Source: an uncultured Eubacteriales bacterium
Lineage (GTDB): Bacteria; Bacillota; Clostridia; Oscillospirales; CAG-272
DNA: 64,000 bases
Direction of reading: 5' to 3'
Assembly (NCBI GenBank): GCA_948467545.1
Contig: CAOKER010000006.1
Coordinates: 66,772-130,771 of the forward strand
A model generated the notes under the pieces. It made no database searches, was not told the origin of the DNA, and saw only the letters and a program-made list of their open reading frames with translations. The position numbers and the translations under genes are program-made. Positions 45,464 through 54,402 of this stretch are shown here, one piece after another (position 1 is the first letter of the stretch; each line of letters opens with the position of its first letter).

Positions 45464-46810
45464 TTATACCTCTTCTATACATTTTGCATTGGCAATTAAC
45501 TTCTTATTTTTGTATATATATTGAAAATCATTTTTGAATAATTCATCACATTGCGAGGGATAGTGAAGTATTTTTGTATTTAAAGGGCATGTGGCGCCCA
45601 TACATTCCGGATAATGAATACAAGCAATGCACTGTTTGCCAGGAGATCTTCCAAGCCATTTTGACATTTTTCCTATATGAATCTGCATAATTCCGTTCTC
45701 TGTAATATTCCCGATGCAATTTATATTTTTATATTGAATGCTATCCATTACCATTGCACATTTATATACATATCCGTCATAATTTACAACAAAACCATGT
45801 CTTTTAGAAGCTGTGCAAATCGAACCGCTTTTATCATTTCGGTCAAATCCGCCATTAAATGTAAACCCTTTTTCCGATAGTTTTTTTAACCATTCAAAAC
45901 CGTCTTTATCCTGTAGCAGTAGATTCCTATTTTTATCAATTTTTTCGCCTCCCCAGTCACGCACATATTCCCAAACTATCGTAAAATGCGGATCATTTGC
46001 AAAATTGTTCTCCAACCAATCTATATGTTCATTTAAAAACGGAAGTGTTTGAGATGAAACATTTATTCTAAGTGCAATAATGAATTTATATTTGCTGAAT
46101 TTCTCTTTGATTGTCAATAAATTTTTAACAATCATATCAAATGAGTCATCTTTTGTCTTATGAGGCCGAAGTCTATTATGAATCTGTTTGGGACCATCCA
46201 AAGTGACTTGATAAAATCGAAGATGGGTTTTAACAAGGGAACCAAATGTTAATTCATCTAACTCATATCCATTAGTAGTTATGCTTGAATATAACGGCTT
46301 TTTATATTTTTTACAAATAGTTCTTATTTGTTCCATCATAGATATAATTAATTTTTTAGCCAACAAGGGTTCTCCGCCAAACCAAGATACAAGCAAACCG
46401 TTATACTTACGCAGATTTTTTTCTATATAAAGTATTATACTTTGAGCAGTGATATCTGACATGTAATAATAAGGCTCTTTTTGATAGCAATAAACACAGT
46501 TAAAATTACATGCATTAGTCGGTATTATCGTAAGTTCCAGTCTATTATTTTCATAAATTTCAGAATTGTAATAATAATTAACGATTTCCGCTTCATCAAT
46601 ATCGTCTTCTATAATAAATCCCCAATTATACAACTCCCGCATTTTTTCATCTAATGTATCGGTCTCAAAAATACCTTTATCTAAAAGTTCGTTCACGGTT
46701 TCAATCATATTGCCTTTAATACGCAATACTTTTTGCGATAAAGTGTTTTTTAATATCATATCGTTATCATCGAAAGTCTTGAAAATATATGACGAAACTT
46801 TATATTTCAT
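45464..46810 (-). CDS. radical SAM/SPASM peptide-modifying enzyme with N-terminal RRE-like domain
   Basis: CNFNCVYC (CxxxCxxC, nt ~46487..46510) and GGEPLL. The C-terminal Cys cluster CTASKRHGFVVNYDGYVYKC...CIACIHYPECMGATCPLN is typical of SPASM domains. About 90 aa precede the rSAM core, as in RiPP maturases. Confidence 0.8.
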   Translation of the reverse strand: MKYKVSSYIFKTFDDNDMILKNTLSQKVLRIKGNMIETVNELLDKGIFETDTLDEKMRELYNWGFIIEDDIDEAEIVNYYYNSEIYENNRLELTIIPTNACNFNCVYCYQKEPYYYMSDITAQSIILYIEKNLRKYNGLLVSWFGGEPLLAKKLIISMMEQIRTICKKYKKPLYSSITTNGYELDELTFGSLVKTHLRFYQVTLDGPKQIHNRLRPHKTKDDSFDMIVKNLLTIKEKFSKYKFIIALRINVSSQTLPFLNEHIDWLENNFANDPHFTIVWEYVRDWGGEKIDKNRNLLLQDKDGFEWLKKLSEKGFTFNGGFDRNDKSGSICTASKRHGFVVNYDGYVYKCAMVMDSIQYKNINCIGNITENGIMQIHIGKMSKWLGRSPGKQCIACIHYPECMGATCPLNTKILHYPSQCDELFKNDFQYIYKNKKLIANAKCIEEV

Positions 46811-46867
46811 GGTTCTAACCTTTCATAACAATTTTAGATGATCCGAAATATTTTATTATATACCGTA

Positions 46868-47671
46868 TTATTGATTTATCAGATCATTAACTGCGTTCAA
46901 ATAATCATTAAAAGATAGTAAAGCATCTTGTTGAAACAGCTCGTCGGGCAAACTGATTTTAAATACATCCTCAATTTCACATATAACAGATATACTCTGA
47001 AGTGAATCAAGCTCTAAGTTGTCGCAAAGATTATCCTCAGATATTTCTATTCCGGAATTCTCAAATATCATTTTTAATTTTTCTGAAGTTCGCGATCTTT
47101 CGCTATTCTTCTTTTTTATCCGACTATCATCTTCATCGTGTGATTTACGATATATTTCAATCTTATTCTTTGTTTTTGATCCCGCCAAATTATAGAGCGA
47201 TTTTGAGATAATTGCCAGAGGTGTTTGCTTCAGTATGGCATAATCGGTTATGACATCTATAACCTGATCATCTGCAAACGACGCTGCGGTATTTATTAAA
47301 ATTTCAGGCGAACAATTCTTACCAATAGAATATTTAACAATTTTTTTTATACTATTTGAACTTATATAAGGGCAAACCTTCCTCAACAATATTTCCGCGG
47401 GCAGTTGACAGTCTATGGCTTTTTTGACAACTTGATCACATAAATCCACAGTTATAAAAGAATCGACTGCATCAATCAATACGAGACAATCGACATTTTC
47501 TTCGAGAGCTTTTTTTAACAGTCGGTTTGATATGTTTGAGTCAAAATACATCAAAAATTTCAGTATTTCAGTTACATCTGCGCTTTCGTCCGTTAAATAA
47601 GCTTCGGCAATAAGGTTAGCAGCAACAGATGTCAAAGATGGGATATCATCTAATCTATTATTGGTATTCAT
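46868..47671 (-). CDS. helical-repeat protein fused to a C-terminal acyl/peptidyl carrier protein-like domain
   Basis: The last ~75 aa, KLKMIFENSGIEISEDNLCDNLELDSLQSISVICEIEDVFKISLPDE...FNDYLNAV, show the carrier-protein DSL Ser context. The N-terminal part has about four ~30-aa repeats (..KKAI....PEILI..). Confidence 0.6.
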   Translation of the reverse strand: MNTNNRLDDIPSLTSVAANLIAEAYLTDESADVTEILKFLMYFDSNISNRLLKKALEENVDCLVLIDAVDSFITVDLCDQVVKKAIDCQLPAEILLRKVCPYISSNSIKKIVKYSIGKNCSPEILINTAASFADDQVIDVITDYAILKQTPLAIISKSLYNLAGSKTKNKIEIYRKSHDEDDSRIKKKNSERSRTSEKLKMIFENSGIEISEDNLCDNLELDSLQSISVICEIEDVFKISLPDELFQQDALLSFNDYLNAVNDLINQ

Positions 47672-47722
47672 TTAATCTTTCTTGATATATAGATATCATT
47701 TTCCTTTCACAAATATCTAATC

Positions 47723-47737
47723 AAGGATAAGTTATCC
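47723..47737. promoter_or_regulatory. perfect 7-1-7 palindrome AGGATAAgTTATCCT (possible operator)
   Basis: Seen at 47723..47737, 52-66 nt upstream of the carrier-fusion gene start, in the 196-nt spacer after the peptide gene. Confidence 0.3.
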
Positions 47738-47867
47738 TGCTTTAGTAAGGTGATTCAGTGGAACCGACCTGCCATAAAGGTGGTGGACATCTTGCTTTTT
47801 ATTAACATAAATAACAAAGGGATGCAGTATTAAATGCCAAACAGTGCCAAGGAATAGTTATATATAT

Positions 47868-47960
47868 TTATCTGCCTATACAACAAATTCTACATCCGAA
47901 TTCCGGATATGAATAAAGACGAACTTTTTGCATCTTCTTACTTTTTTTCTTTAACTTCAT
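47868..47960 (-). CDS. 30-aa Cys-rich candidate precursor peptide MKLKKKSKKMQKVRLYSYPEFGCRICCIGR (not in the ORF track)
   Basis: Hand translation of the minus strand. ATG at 47960..47958, AAAGGAGG at 47975..47968 (7-nt spacing), TAA at 47870..47868. It is the first ORF after the promoter at 48067..48095 and heads the rSAM operon. Confidence 0.65.
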   Translation of the reverse strand: MKLKKKSKKMQKVRLYSYPEFGCRICCIGR

Positions 47961-48066
47961 GATTTCGCCTCCTTTCTTTACCATCCCTCTGTTATTTATA
48001 TCCAAAACATTGGAAACATACGACAAATTAAATTGTATTTTCAACTTTTATCTTTATTATAACTAT

Positions 48067-48095
48067 ATATTACCATATATATGAACATCTGTCAA
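48067..48095 (-). promoter_or_regulatory. sigma-A promoter (TTGACA-17 nt-TAATAT, TGg extended -10) of the peptide/rSAM operon
   Basis: Plus-strand tgtcaa at 48090..48095 and atatta at 48067..48072. The leader to the peptide ATG is ~100 nt. Confidence 0.6.
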
Positions 48096-48343
48096 TATAT
48101 TTTTAAGAAAAAATTTTTTATTTTTATATTTTATCGCCACTAAAATATAAAAATTATATTTCTCGTACTCCTCTCTGCTTTGGAGGCGATAGATATCTTG
48201 ATTTAACTATTCGTAATTTGTTTTTATTAATTAGCTGGATATATTCTTTTGATTTGCATAGTATATTTTCCTTTATTTTAATTTAAATCATGTGTCCTGT
48301 TCTATATGTATAGTTATACAAACACCTGACATGACACTGAGCA

Positions 48344-49372
48344 TCAATCGACAATTTCAAATACCTTTACACCATTCCATGTTGAAATGACAATTATATT
48401 CGGAGACAGCTCCGCGATATTCCAAACACCGTAATCTATTTTTTGCTTTCCTAAAATCGACTTTGTTTCCGCATCTACAACAAATATACCGAGATGTGAG
48501 CCGACATAATATCTTTTTCTGTCATACGAAAGACATACTTTATTTAAACTGTCATATAATGATATATTCTCCATTGCAAATGCATTTGACAATTTTTTCA
48601 GTTCATAAATATTGTCACTTTCCATATTCATATCCGAAAAAACACCGGAAAATGAAGCAGTAATTACGCCCGGCTCAGGCAGCGAAATACTTTCCGCTAT
48701 TTTACCGTAAACACTGCAGCGTAATGTCTTTTTATGACCATATATAATTACAGTGTTTGTCTCAGACTCATACTCGGCACAGCGTATAGCATCACCGCTT
48801 ATATTTTCAACAGGATATTCTTCAAATGAAACTCCGTCAAACCAAATCATGTTCCAACAATCGGTTTGATCAAGTTCAAATTTTTTTCGATCCAGCCCAA
48901 ACAACAGATATTTGTCTAATTCTTTAACAGGCATAATACTGACAAGCCAATATTTTTCTTCAAGAAGATCTTTAAATGACATATTATCATTTAAATTGTA
49001 ACAACGCAATGCAGAATTTAACGTTTTGTCATTGCAAACATTGAAATAAAGCGATCTCTCATGCAATGACCAACATCCTCTCCCCTCCAAATTGCCGCTA
49101 TACTTGCCTCGGATAGTATATTTCTCCACAATAAAGTCATATAAATCAACAAGATAAAATATATTTTCTGCGGAAATAAGCAGCAGCTGTGTTTCATCCG
49201 GTGAAATAAAAGCATGATATACATAAGATAAATTTTCTGCCGTAAAAAGCAAATCAAGCTTTCTGCTGCATATAAATGCACGCCTACCCGTGCAAAACAC
49301 ACTGTATTTTTCGGAAAAGCAAAAATTCTTTGCATTTTTCATAAAATCATATTTCAATTGTTTGAATTTCAT
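48344..49372 (-). CDS. hypothetical protein (repeat/beta-rich, possibly propeller-like)
   Basis: ORF track. AT-rich like the island. I prefer ATG 49372 (MKFKQLKYDF) to the TTG track start 49417. No motif recognised. Confidence 0.5.
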   Translation of the reverse strand: MKFKQLKYDFMKNAKNFCFSEKYSVFCTGRRAFICSRKLDLLFTAENLSYVYHAFISPDETQLLLISAENIFYLVDLYDFIVEKYTIRGKYSGNLEGRGCWSLHERSLYFNVCNDKTLNSALRCYNLNDNMSFKDLLEEKYWLVSIMPVKELDKYLLFGLDRKKFELDQTDCWNMIWFDGVSFEEYPVENISGDAIRCAEYESETNTVIIYGHKKTLRCSVYGKIAESISLPEPGVITASFSGVFSDMNMESDNIYELKKLSNAFAMENISLYDSLNKVCLSYDRKRYYVGSHLGIFVVDAETKSILGKQKIDYGVWNIAELSPNIIVISTWNGVKVFEIVD

Positions 49373-49906
49373 TATAAAAATTTCTCTTTCATAATAAACA
49401 CGGACGGCATTTTTCAATCCGGCTGATCAATATGCTATTGATTCAATCCAATAAATAATATGTATTCTTTTTTAAGAAAAAAAGGTTCAAAAAACGGATA
49501 GCCGTTTTCGGTTATAAACTTGCACGGGGTGTTAAAATCATAAAATTTATACGGTAACGGCTTTCACGTACAGTTTGCAATTATATCATTAACAAAGTGA
49601 CTGCATATCATGATAAAATTCTCAATTATATTATAATTATTCAATTTTATCTTTTAAATCAATCATTCTTTATGCTTATTGTAACACAAACTCCGATTTG
49701 TTTCAATCGCAAATCGGAGTTTTATTAATTTTATTTGTATTTTTACAGCGGTTATTATGAAAAATTCACACTTCACATATTTCAAAACAAACGCCTGAAA
49801 AAAGCTCCTTTCGCTTTACTAAAAAATCTTCAAAATTTTGCTGCCCCACACTTTAATGTCGGCGCAAAATAGTTTATTATTATGCACACAAAGGAGGTGG
49901 TAAAGC

Positions 49907-50350
49907 TTGAATACGGACGATTCGACAAAATCGGACGACGGCATGAATACGAAATTCGGCAGAAACGCAAACGAAAAGTCCGAAAGCATGGAGGTCCGCA
50001 CAGCGGAAACGGGGCGCGAAGAATTTTTCTCCGTATTGTCCCCAAAAGAAGAAAAGCTCCGGGACAAACGACTGAAAAAAATATGCCGTCTCGCGGACCG
50101 CGTTATAGACAGACTTACCGGCGCAGTCGAGGAGCTCGAAGCTACAGATACTCAGCGCTTCAGGCAGATTGTCGCCTCTATAAAAGAAATAAAGGATATA
50201 CAGATGCTTGATTCGCCGTCCGAACGTCTTGAAAAACAGCTCAAGCTTAAAAACCTTGAAAGGCAGATGCTTGAATCCGAAACCGAAAACACTTCAGATT
50301 CCAAAGAAATTCTTGTCCATATAGAGGGAGACGAGGGATACAGCGAATGA
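49907..50350 (+). CDS. phage protein, candidate small terminase subunit (positional)
   Basis: TTG start with AAGGAGG 9 nt upstream. ATGA overlap with terL. No motif recognised. Confidence 0.4.
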   Translation: MNTDDSTKSDDGMNTKFGRNANEKSESMEVRTAETGREEFFSVLSPKEEKLRDKRLKKICRLADRVIDRLTGAVEELEATDTQRFRQIVASIKEIKDIQMLDSPSERLEKQLKLKNLERQMLESETENTSDSKEILVHIEGDEGYSE

Positions 50351-52128
50351 AATCCGTGCAGAACCGAAATTCCGAATTCAATCTGCGAAACGATTCAGGT
50401 CCCAAACAAAGCAGGTCCTTCGAATTTAGGCAAAACCAAGCTTCTATGATTATACAATATCAGGATGGCACAATTAAACAGAATCATGCTGCCGCGATTA
50501 AGCAGAATCAAGACTCCGCGATTAATAAAAATCATGACCCCAAGATTAATAAAAATCATGATTCCGCGATTAAACAGAATCATGACTCCAAGATTAATAA
50601 AGTTCATGATTCCGCGATTAAACAATATCAAGCTGCCGCATTTAAGCATGATCAAGACTCCGCAATTATGCAGAATCAAGCTGTCTGCGTTAAACATGGC
50701 AGGGTTCCTTCGCTCACGATTGAAGCTCCGAACGAGAAGCAAAAGCTCTTTCTCAAGGCGAAAACGAAGCATATCGGATTCGGAGGCGCGCGCGGCGGCG
50801 GAAAAAGCTGGGCAGTGCGGACAAAGGCGATTCTTCTCTCGCTCCGTTATCCCGGAATCAAGCTGCTGATTGTCAGACGAACTTATCCGGAGCTGATGGG
50901 AAACCACATAAGAATTCTACGCTCACAGCTTGCGGGAATCGCAAAATACAACGACAAGGACAAGCTTCTGCTTTTCTCAAACGGAAGCAGTATAAGCTTT
51001 TCCTACTGCGCGTGTGACAAAGATCTTGACCGTCTTCAGGGAGTCGAATACGATATAATCTTTCTCGACGAGGCGACTCAGCTTTCGGAATTTCAGATGA
51101 AATCAATTACCGCGTGCCTGCGCGGAGTCGGAGCTTTTCCCAAACGGATATATTATACCTGCAACCCCGGAGGACAGGGGCACGGGTATATAAAGCGGAT
51201 TTTCATCGACCGAAGATATGAAGAGGGCGAAAATCAGAAGGACTACACCTTTATACAGTCGCTTGTTACCGATAATGCCGCTCTCATGCGCGCACAGCCC
51301 GACTACATAAAGCAGCTTGAGGCGCTTCCGCCGAAGCTGCGCGACGCATGGCTCCTCGGACGATGGGACGTATACGAAGGACAGTTCTTCGAGGAGTTCG
51401 CGGACAAGCCCGACCATTACCGTGACAGACGGTACACGCATGTTATAGCACCGTTTGATATTCCGTCGGACTGGCGTATTTTCCGTTCGTTTGACTGGGG
51501 CTACAACAGGCCGTTTTCATGCGGCTGGTGGGCGGTCGATCACGACGGAACGGCATACAGAATTTTAGAGCTTTACGGCTGTACGGGCAATCCGAACGAG
51601 GGTGTGCGCTGGACGCCGAAAGCAGTATTCAAAGAAATCCGCCGCATCGAAAGCGAACATCCGTTTCTCAGCGGAAAACATATTACCGGAATCGCCGATC
51701 CTGCGATATGGGATGCGGAAACCGGCGAGAGCATTGCGGAGACGGCAGCGCGCTGCGGTGTACATTTTATTCCGGGCGATCACAAAAGAATTCCGGGATG
51801 GCTTCAGGTTCATTACCGTATGGCATTCGACCGCGAGGGCTTTGCCATGCTGTACGTATTTTCAAACTGCCGCGCTTTCATCCGTACCATCCCCCTGCTG
51901 CTTTATGACACATCAAAACCGGAGGACCTGAACACCGACGGTGAGGATCATGTCGCCGACGAGGTCAGATACTTCTGCATGAGCAGACCGATCTCTCCGA
52001 GAGCTAAGGAAAACGACGGATACGCGACAAATCCGCTTCGGCTGTTTCTCGATATCCCGCGCGGGTCTCTGGGCAGGCTTCCGCCGCCCGAACAGTGCGG
52101 CAGGATTGAAATAATCACAGACGCATGA
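50347..52128 (+). CDS. terL: phage terminase large subunit with repeat-containing N-terminal extension
   Basis: Walker A-like GFGGARGGGKSW, Walker B-like IIFLDEATQL, C-terminal nuclease-type GEDHVADEVRY. About 130 aa precede the Walker A. Confidence 0.85.
   Translation: MKSVQNRNSEFNLRNDSGPKQSRSFEFRQNQASMIIQYQDGTIKQNHAAAIKQNQDSAINKNHDPKINKNHDSAIKQNHDSKINKVHDSAIKQYQAAAFKHDQDSAIMQNQAVCVKHGRVPSLTIEAPNEKQKLFLKAKTKHIGFGGARGGGKSWAVRTKAILLSLRYPGIKLLIVRRTYPELMGNHIRILRSQLAGIAKYNDKDKLLLFSNGSSISFSYCACDKDLDRLQGVEYDIIFLDEATQLSEFQMKSITACLRGVGAFPKRIYYTCNPGGQGHGYIKRIFIDRRYEEGENQKDYTFIQSLVTDNAALMRAQPDYIKQLEALPPKLRDAWLLGRWDVYEGQFFEEFADKPDHYRDRRYTHVIAPFDIPSDWRIFRSFDWGYNRPFSCGWWAVDHDGTAYRILELYGCTGNPNEGVRWTPKAVFKEIRRIESEHPFLSGKHITGIADPAIWDAETGESIAETAARCGVHFIPGDHKRIPGWLQVHYRMAFDREGFAMLYVFSNCRAFIRTIPLLLYDTSKPEDLNTDGEDHVADEVRYFCMSRPISPRAKENDGYATNPLRLFLDIPRGSLGRLPPPEQCGRIEIITDA
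50446..50685 (+). repeat. ten in-phase 24-nt tandem repeats inside the terL 5' region
   Basis: Unit gcgattaaacagaatcatgactcc and variants, with boundaries every 24 nt from 50446. They encode (A/K)I(K/N)(Q/K)N(H/Q)D(S/P). Confidence 0.9.
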
Positions 52129-52216
52129 AAATTTCTCCGCTTTTCATGCGCACGGCGCCGAAAACGACCGAGCTGAAAATCCGCGCGGAGCCGCCGAGAA
52201 ATTTAAGGAAAAACCG

Positions 52217-54217
52217 ATGTCCGAAAGATTTTTCAGGCCGCGTCGGCAAGGTACAATATACACGAAAGGCATGGTCATAAATATGGTCAAATCGAATTCC
52301 TCGGACAAAAGGTCCGAAACAAAGGCTTTCACACCGAGAATTTTTCATACGCCGTCCGCACCGGCAGGATCACATGAATCATCGAATACTTCATACCCGC
52401 GCAAAAAATATGCCGGTGAAATTGGAGAAACGGGCAGTGCCGAAAACGACGCACAGCCGTACCGCCCTCCGATAGGCCGCGATCAGATTCGGGAGGCATA
52501 TTCGATTCTTCAGAAATACAGAGCGGGCAAAGCAAATCTCGAACGCCGTATAATCGAAAACGAACAGTGGTACAAGCTCCGCCATTGGGACTGCATGCGC
52601 GGCGGCGAACAGCAGGTAAAGCCGGTCTCGGCATGGCTTTTCAACTGCATTCAGACAAAGCACGCAAACGCTATGGACAATATGCCGTCTCCCACAATCC
52701 TTCCGAGAGAGGAGGGCGACAGATGGGAAGCAGAAAAGCTGTCCTCGATTCTACCGGTAATCTTCGATCAGAATGATTTTGAACAGATTTATTCCGACGC
52801 GTGGGATCACAAATGCCGTTCCGGAACCGCGGTTTACGGTGTATTCTGGGACAGCGGCAAACACGGAGGTCTCGGAGATATTACGCTGAAGGACATAGAT
52901 ATTCTCTCCCTTTACTGGGAGCCGGGCGTACGCGATATTCAGTTTTCACGCAATCTTTTTTCGGTAGAACTTGCCGATACGGACCTGCTTGAAGCAAAGT
53001 ATCCCTCGCTTGCGGGAAAGCTGTCGGGAGCAGCTCAGGAAAGCGCGCAGTATATATGCGACGATTCGATTGACACAAGCGGAAAATCCGCAGTTATCGA
53101 CTGGTACTACAAAAAGCGGGAGGGAAACCGCACGGTTCTTCACTACTGCAAGTTCGTCGGAGACGAGCTGCTTTATGCGACCGAAAACGATACGCTGCTC
53201 AGGACGCGCGGCCTTTACGACCACGGAATGTATCCCTTTATCTTCGACGTGCTCTTTCCCACACCCGGCACCCCCGCAGGCTTCGGATATATAGACGTCG
53301 GAAAAAACTGTCAGGCTTACATCGACCGCGGCAATCAGGCTATCATGAAAAATATGCTTGCATGCGCCGTGCCGAGAATACTTGTAAGCGAGGACAGCCC
53401 GATTAACGAGAGCGAATACTGCGACCTCTCCTCAGACATCGTACACTGCTCCGGAGCAATTACAGACGCTACCTACCGCCCGATTTCGGCAGGGCATCTT
53501 GATTCCGTCTATGTCACGGCGCTTCAGAACAAAATCGACGAGCTTAAAGAGACTACCGGAAACCGTGACGTTTCAAACGGGGGCTCGTCCGGAGGAGTTA
53601 CCGCCGCCTCCGCAATCGCCGCAATGCAGGAAGCGGGAAGCAGGCTCGACCGCGATTCGTGCAAGGCGTCCTACCGTGCTTTCCGACGGCTGTGTCTGAT
53701 GACAATCGAGCTTATTCGTCAGTTTTACGATACCGAACGCTGCTTCAGAATTACAGGAGAGGACGGTATTCGGAAGTTCATATCATACAGCTCCGAAAAT
53801 ATCGCTCCTCAAAAACAGCAGAGCGCTTTCGGGGTCGAGCTCGGCTACAGAACACCCCTTTTCGATATTGAAATTACGGCTGCTAAGGAATCTCCCTACT
53901 CGCGCGTCGCACAAAACGAAATGGCTCTCCAGTTTTATCAGGCGGGATTTTTTAATCCGCAGAATGCGGACGCCGCTCTCGCCTGCCTCGACATGATGGA
54001 TTTTGACAGAAAACAGCCGATTATGAGAAAAATAAAGGAGCGCGGAGAGCAATATCGGCAGGCGGCTATGCTCGCAAAGGCATACGGTTCGGCGGACGCT
54101 TCGGTCAGTCAAAACGCAGCGGAAAGGCAAACCGCCTACGAAAAGCGGATTGAAGCCGGAGAGAGACGCAATATGAAAAACGCCAGAATCCGCTCAGCAA
54201 ACTCTATCGTTCCGTAA
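52217..54217 (+). CDS. phage portal protein
   Basis: 666 aa immediately after terL, with block RRIIENEQWYKLRHWD. The call rests on size and position plus partial recollection. Confidence 0.6.
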   Translation: MSERFFRPRRQGTIYTKGMVINMVKSNSSDKRSETKAFTPRIFHTPSAPAGSHESSNTSYPRKKYAGEIGETGSAENDAQPYRPPIGRDQIREAYSILQKYRAGKANLERRIIENEQWYKLRHWDCMRGGEQQVKPVSAWLFNCIQTKHANAMDNMPSPTILPREEGDRWEAEKLSSILPVIFDQNDFEQIYSDAWDHKCRSGTAVYGVFWDSGKHGGLGDITLKDIDILSLYWEPGVRDIQFSRNLFSVELADTDLLEAKYPSLAGKLSGAAQESAQYICDDSIDTSGKSAVIDWYYKKREGNRTVLHYCKFVGDELLYATENDTLLRTRGLYDHGMYPFIFDVLFPTPGTPAGFGYIDVGKNCQAYIDRGNQAIMKNMLACAVPRILVSEDSPINESEYCDLSSDIVHCSGAITDATYRPISAGHLDSVYVTALQNKIDELKETTGNRDVSNGGSSGGVTAASAIAAMQEAGSRLDRDSCKASYRAFRRLCLMTIELIRQFYDTERCFRITGEDGIRKFISYSSENIAPQKQQSAFGVELGYRTPLFDIEITAAKESPYSRVAQNEMALQFYQAGFFNPQNADAALACLDMMDFDRKQPIMRKIKERGEQYRQAAMLAKAYGSADASVSQNAAERQTAYEKRIEAGERRNMKNARIRSANSIVP

Positions 54218-54402
54218 GCTATAACTCAAAGCAGGATATTCATGTATCCAAGGAAACCGCAGGTTGTCACGGCTTCTTATACAATCCCCGACCGTGACTC
54301 CCGACGACCGCGCTTTGAGACTTATCGAAATAAACCGCCGCAGCTGCGGCAATGAAAAATTTGACATGTAAGGACTTGACTTTAAGGTGTAACCGAATCA
54401 AT

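Noticed and set aside
47780-47833. A second small ORF (MLIKSKMSTTFMAGRFH) in the spacer after the peptide gene.
   Set aside because: No SD, no Cys, and no resemblance to the first peptide.
50395-50907. Antisense and off-frame ORFs across the terL repeat (50395..50907 minus, 50465..50869 plus).
   Set aside because: They are repeat-driven open frames. The sense frame continues into unmistakable terminase motifs.
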